Source: Pirellulales bacterium (GTDB taxonomy: Bacteria; Planctomycetota; Planctomycetia; Pirellulales; JAICIG01). Taken from it: DNA of 64,000 nt. Shown here piece after piece: positions 60,184 to 64,000 of this stretch. The notes below the pieces were generated by a model, which was not told where the DNA came from, searched no databases, and saw only the letters and a program-made list of their open reading frames with translations. The position numbers and the translations under genes were made by a program. The stretch spans positions 180,700 to 244,699 of the forward strand of contig JBBDYJ010000041.1 in assembly GCA_040901675.1 (NCBI GenBank). Reading direction: 5' to 3'. Each line of letters starts with the position of its first letter. Positions within the stretch are counted from its first letter, which is position 1.

Positions 60184-61335
60184 TTATGCGGAGAGGGACG
60201 AAGGCTTCGGCGGGAACTGCAGCGTGTGGGCGACGCCGTTCTGGCCTGGACTGGGCAGAACCTGCTCGACGGCTGGCCCATCCGAAACCAGCACCGCCTC
60301 GCGGCGCGGCTGCCGGTCGATCAACCGCTGGTAGACGGCCACGTAATCGCGGGCCATCCGCTCGACGCTGAATCGCTCCATGAATGCCTGCCGGCACCCC
60401 GCGCGGCTCAAATGGCCCGCGCGGGCCACGGCCTCGGCGGCTTGATCGACCCCGTCTACGATAAACCCCGTGACTCCGTCCTCGATCACCTCGGGCACCG
60501 AGCCGCGGCGCCAGGCGATCACCGGCAAGCCGCAGGCCATGGCTTCGATCATGACCAGCCCGAACGGCTCGGGCCAATCGATGGGAAACAACAGTGCCCG
60601 CGCGCCGCCCAATAACTCACCCTTGCGTCGCTCGTCCAACTCGCCCAGGTATTCCACCAGCGGGTCGGCAAACAGGTGCTCGATCTCGTCGTGGAAATAA
60701 CGCTTGTCCACATGATCCACCTTGGCCGCGATCCGCAGAGGCATACCCGCGCGGCGAGCGATCTCGATGGCACGGTCCACGCGCTTCTCCGGCGAGATGC
60801 GGCCCAGGAACACCAGGTAATCGCCCGGCTGCTCTCGGCAGCAGTGCAAGTCGGGCGGCAGGCCGTGATAGACGGTGGCCTGCCAATTGGCATGGGGCAG
60901 CGGCTGCCGCTGGGCATTGGAAATCGAGACCACCGGCATATCGCCGTACTTCTGGTACAACCCGACCAGCTCGGGTATGTCGAGCCGGCCGTGCAGCGTA
61001 GTCACCTGCGGGCGGCGCTCGCGGCGCGACCAGGGATAGTGCAGGTAATCGACGTGGAAATGAATGATGTCGAACCGGTCGGCGTGCTGGAACAACTCTT
61101 CCAGCATGCTGAAGTGGCAGGCCAGGGAGTCGACGCAGTGCGGGTCGAGCCGGACTGCCTGCGGCCGAGGGGCGATTAATTCGGCGGCGGTGATCGAATC
61201 GCCGCTGGCAAACAAGGTCACCTCGTGCCCCTGGCGGACCAGTTCCTCGGTGAGGTATGAAACGACGCGCTCGGTTCCTCCATACAATTTGGGGGGTACG
61301 CTTTCATACAGGGGTGCAACCTGTGCGATTCTCAT
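60184..61335 (-). CDS. glycosyltransferase family 4
   Basis: MRIAQVAPLYESVPPKLYGGTER and WPEPFGLVMIEA motifs. Confidence 0.92.
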   Translation of the reverse strand: MRIAQVAPLYESVPPKLYGGTERVVSYLTEELVRQGHEVTLFASGDSITAAELIAPRPQAVRLDPHCVDSLACHFSMLEELFQHADRFDIIHFHVDYLHYPWSRRERRPQVTTLHGRLDIPELVGLYQKYGDMPVVSISNAQRQPLPHANWQATVYHGLPPDLHCCREQPGDYLVFLGRISPEKRVDRAIEIARRAGMPLRIAAKVDHVDKRYFHDEIEHLFADPLVEYLGELDERRKGELLGGARALLFPIDWPEPFGLVMIEAMACGLPVIAWRRGSVPEVIEDGVTGFIVDGVDQAAEAVARAGHLSRAGCRQAFMERFSVERMARDYVAVYQRLIDRQPRREAVLVSDGPAVEQVLPSPGQNGVAHTLQFPPKPSSLSA

Positions 61336-61378
61336 GGGGGAGGCTCCTTCCGGTTCTGAAAAAAGCGGCAAGAGCCTG

Positions 61379-61394
61379 TGCAAATTCCATACCC
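61379..61394 (-). promoter_or_regulatory. sigma-54 promoter
   Basis: GGG-TATGGAATTT-GCA; nearly identical to the 59098 site. Confidence 0.6.
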
Positions 61395-61562
61395 TCGCCT
61401 GGGCGCCAAAGCTCCGGATCGGACTGCTTCGGACCCGGTCATGGCCGATAAGATACATGCGGGGGGAAGCCGGGTAGATCGCCGGTTGCTCGTCGATCCA
61501 TCTGACCGATTCGAATTCCTCATTGAAACAGCGCGTCGTCATTCTCAAATCGGGAGCCACGC

Positions 61563-63827
61563 ATGGTCCAATCGCAGTTCGGGCAGGAATCCCAGGGCGC
61601 GCACGGTCAGCAAGCCGTCCATCCGGAAGCCGCGCATCATTCGCTCGCCGCCCGTCGTCCCGAAGCTGCCCACCTCGACCCATTTTATGTGCTGGCACCG
61701 TCCCCCACCGCCGACGAGCACGCGCGCGTGCTCAAGCAAGGCGACACGTTTGCCGTGCTGGACCACTACGGCGACATCAAGCCGATCGGCCTGGGAGAGG
61801 AAGGATTATACCACGACGGAACCCGCTTCTTATCGAGGTTCCTGTTGCTGCTCGGGCCGGACCGGCCCTTGTTTCTCAGCTCGACCGTCAAGGAGGACAA
61901 TGCCTTGCTGGCGGTCGACCTGACCAACCCCGACGTCCGCTCGGGCGAGCGCGTGCTCATTTCCCGCGGCAGCTTGCATTTGCATCGCGCCAGCTTTCTC
62001 TGGCAGGGGCACTGGTACCAACGCTTCCAGATCCGCAACTATGGCCTGGAGCCGATCGAAGCTCCCTTGTCGATCCGCTTCGCGGCCGACTTTGCCGATG
62101 TTTTCGAGGTCCGTGGCACCCGCCGCCAGGCAAGGGGCCGCTTCCTGGACGCCGTCGTCGGCAGCGGCACGGTCGAGCTCGGCTACCGGGGGCTCGACGG
62201 CGTGGTCCGCCGCATACGCCTGGCATTCGTCCCCGAACCGATCGAACTGTCGGCTTCCGAGGCCCGTTTCCGTCCGGCCCTGCAGCCTCAGGAGGAGGTC
62301 GTGTACGAAGTGACCATGTCGTGCCTGATCGAGCCCGCGCCGGCGGCCGCGGCAGCCTGGCCCTCGTACGATGCGGCGCTGGAGCAGGCCGCCGGCGTCT
62401 TGCATCAAGCCCGCTCCCGCGCCTGCGAGATCTACACCTCGAACGAGCAATTCAACGAATGGGTCAACCGCAGCGCCTCGGATATCGACATGATGGTGAC
62501 CGAGACCCCCCACGGGCCCTACCCCTACGCGGGAGTCCCCTGGTTCAGCACCCCCTTCGGCCGCGACGGGATTATCACCGCCCTGGAGTACCTGTGGGTC
62601 GATCCTGAAATTGCACGCGGCGTCCTCCGCTATCTGGCCGCGACCCAGGCCAGCTGCGTCGTGCCCGAGCAGGATGCCGAACCGGGCAAGATCCTGCACG
62701 AGACGCGCGGCGGTGAGATGGCCGCCTTGGGCGAAGTGCCCTTCGGCCGCTACTACGGCAGCGTCGACGCCACGCCCCTGTTTGTCATGCTGGCCGGGGC
62801 CTATTATCAGCGGACGGGGGACCGGGAGCTGATCGAGCAGCTTTGGCCCAACGTGCAGTCGGCGCTCGATTGGATCGACAACTACGGCGACGCCGACGGC
62901 GATGGATTCGTCGAGTACGCGCGGCGCTCCAGCACCGGCCTGGCCCAGCAGGGTTGGAAGGACTCGCACGACTCGGTGTTCCACGCCGATGGAAAGGCCG
63001 CCGATGGGCCGATCGCGCTGTGCGAGGTGCAAGGCTATGCCTTCGCGGCCCGGCAAAGCGCCGCGGCACTGGCCGCTTTGCTCGGGCACGCCGACCAGGC
63101 GGAACACTTGGCACAACAAGCCCGGCAGCTTCGCCAGCGGTTCGACGAGCACTTCTGGTGCGACGAGCTTTCGACCTATGCCCTGGCCCTCGACGGCGGC
63201 AAAAGGGCCTGCCGCGTGAAGACCTCCAACGCCTTCCACGCGCTGATGACCGGCATTGCCGAACCCCGCCGCGCCCGCACGCTGGCCGAGACGCTCGACG
63301 GCTCCGGCCTGTTCTCCGGTTGGGGCCTCCGCACCCTGGCCGACGGCCAGCCGCGCTACAATCCGATGTCGTACCACAACGGTTCCGTCTGGCCGCACGA
63401 CAATGCCCTGGCGGCGGCCGGCTTGGCGCAGTACGGTCACAAGCAATCCACGCTGGCAATCTTCTCGGGACTGTTCGACGCCAGCATGTTCGTCGATCTG
63501 CACCGCATGCCCGAGTTGTTCTGCGGATTTCCCCGCCGGCCCGGCGAGGGGCCCACCTTGTATCCGGTGGCCTGCGCGCCGCAGTCGTGGGCCGCCGCCT
63601 CCGTGTTCATGCTGCTGGCCGCCTGCCTGGGAATCGAGATCGATGCGCCCCGCCGGCAGTTGCGGCTCTCATATCCCTTGCTGCCCGGCTGGTTGAACGA
63701 AGTCCGAATCAGCCGGCTGCGCGTGGGCGACGCCTCGGTCGACCTCGTGCTCCGCCGGCACGGCCGCGACGTGGGCACCAACGTGCTCAACCGCAGCGGA
63801 CCGGTCGACATCGTCATCATCAAGTGA
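61563..63827 (+). CDS. amylo-alpha-1,6-glucosidase / glycogen debranching enzyme family
   Basis: AGVPWFSTPFGRD, QGWKDS and YHNGSVWPHDN motifs. Confidence 0.92.
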   Translation: MVQSQFGQESQGAHGQQAVHPEAAHHSLAARRPEAAHLDPFYVLAPSPTADEHARVLKQGDTFAVLDHYGDIKPIGLGEEGLYHDGTRFLSRFLLLLGPDRPLFLSSTVKEDNALLAVDLTNPDVRSGERVLISRGSLHLHRASFLWQGHWYQRFQIRNYGLEPIEAPLSIRFAADFADVFEVRGTRRQARGRFLDAVVGSGTVELGYRGLDGVVRRIRLAFVPEPIELSASEARFRPALQPQEEVVYEVTMSCLIEPAPAAAAAWPSYDAALEQAAGVLHQARSRACEIYTSNEQFNEWVNRSASDIDMMVTETPHGPYPYAGVPWFSTPFGRDGIITALEYLWVDPEIARGVLRYLAATQASCVVPEQDAEPGKILHETRGGEMAALGEVPFGRYYGSVDATPLFVMLAGAYYQRTGDRELIEQLWPNVQSALDWIDNYGDADGDGFVEYARRSSTGLAQQGWKDSHDSVFHADGKAADGPIALCEVQGYAFAARQSAAALAALLGHADQAEHLAQQARQLRQRFDEHFWCDELSTYALALDGGKRACRVKTSNAFHALMTGIAEPRRARTLAETLDGSGLFSGWGLRTLADGQPRYNPMSYHNGSVWPHDNALAAAGLAQYGHKQSTLAIFSGLFDASMFVDLHRMPELFCGFPRRPGEGPTLYPVACAPQSWAAASVFMLLAACLGIEIDAPRRQLRLSYPLLPGWLNEVRISRLRVGDASVDLVLRRHGRDVGTNVLNRSGPVDIVIIK

Positions 63828-63866
63828 TCCGACCACGGCGGCAGTCCGGCCGATGCAATCTCTTTC

Positions 63867-63942
63867 CGCCCCGAAGGGGCAACGACATATCAGCCCGCGG
63901 GCAGAGCGCAGCGGCGTCAGCCGCGTAGCGCCGCCCCGGGTA
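63867..63942. repeat. REP-like hairpin element
   Basis: GCCCCGAAGGGGC hairpin plus nested GC stems. Confidence 0.5.
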
Positions 63943-64000
63943 CGCCTGCCGGTCATGGCAGACTGGCTGGCCGTGGAGCCGTGAGGAGAGCTTTCGTTGC

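Overview
High-GC (about 65%, estimated by eye) bacterial chromosome segment, almost certainly Planctomycetota, based on a DUF1549/DUF1553 + DUF1501 pair, a DUF1559 fragment, a CRTAC1/ASPIC protein and many sulfatases. The backbone is ordinary metabolic genes (metF, pyk, osmC, dodecin, creatininase, GlmU-like, MscS, GT4 + glycogen-debranching enzyme). Five things stand out. (1) A lower-GC restriction-modification locus at 30.8-33.7 kb has PvuII-style architecture: an M.PvuII-like m4C methylase, a divergent C protein and a TGTA-centred C-box. The R position holds a 489-aa protein with a PD-(D/E)xK-like N-terminus fused to HEAT repeats. CAGCTG appears strongly depleted in the window. (2) A ~7.4-kb decayed prophage-like island is integrated in tRNA-Leu(CAA), with a 54-bp att duplication and no integrase. 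Its cargo genes are co-oriented, separated by ~100-bp imperfect palindromes, and preceded by repeated TGGTATCAT promoters, like a cassette array. (3) Two non-autonomous IS1-like passenger elements have GGTAGTG termini and exact 8-bp target duplications. (4) There is an ACP-FGE domain fusion. (5) Five sigma-54-type motifs precede stress-type genes. All family assignments come from motif recognition by eye; no database search was run.
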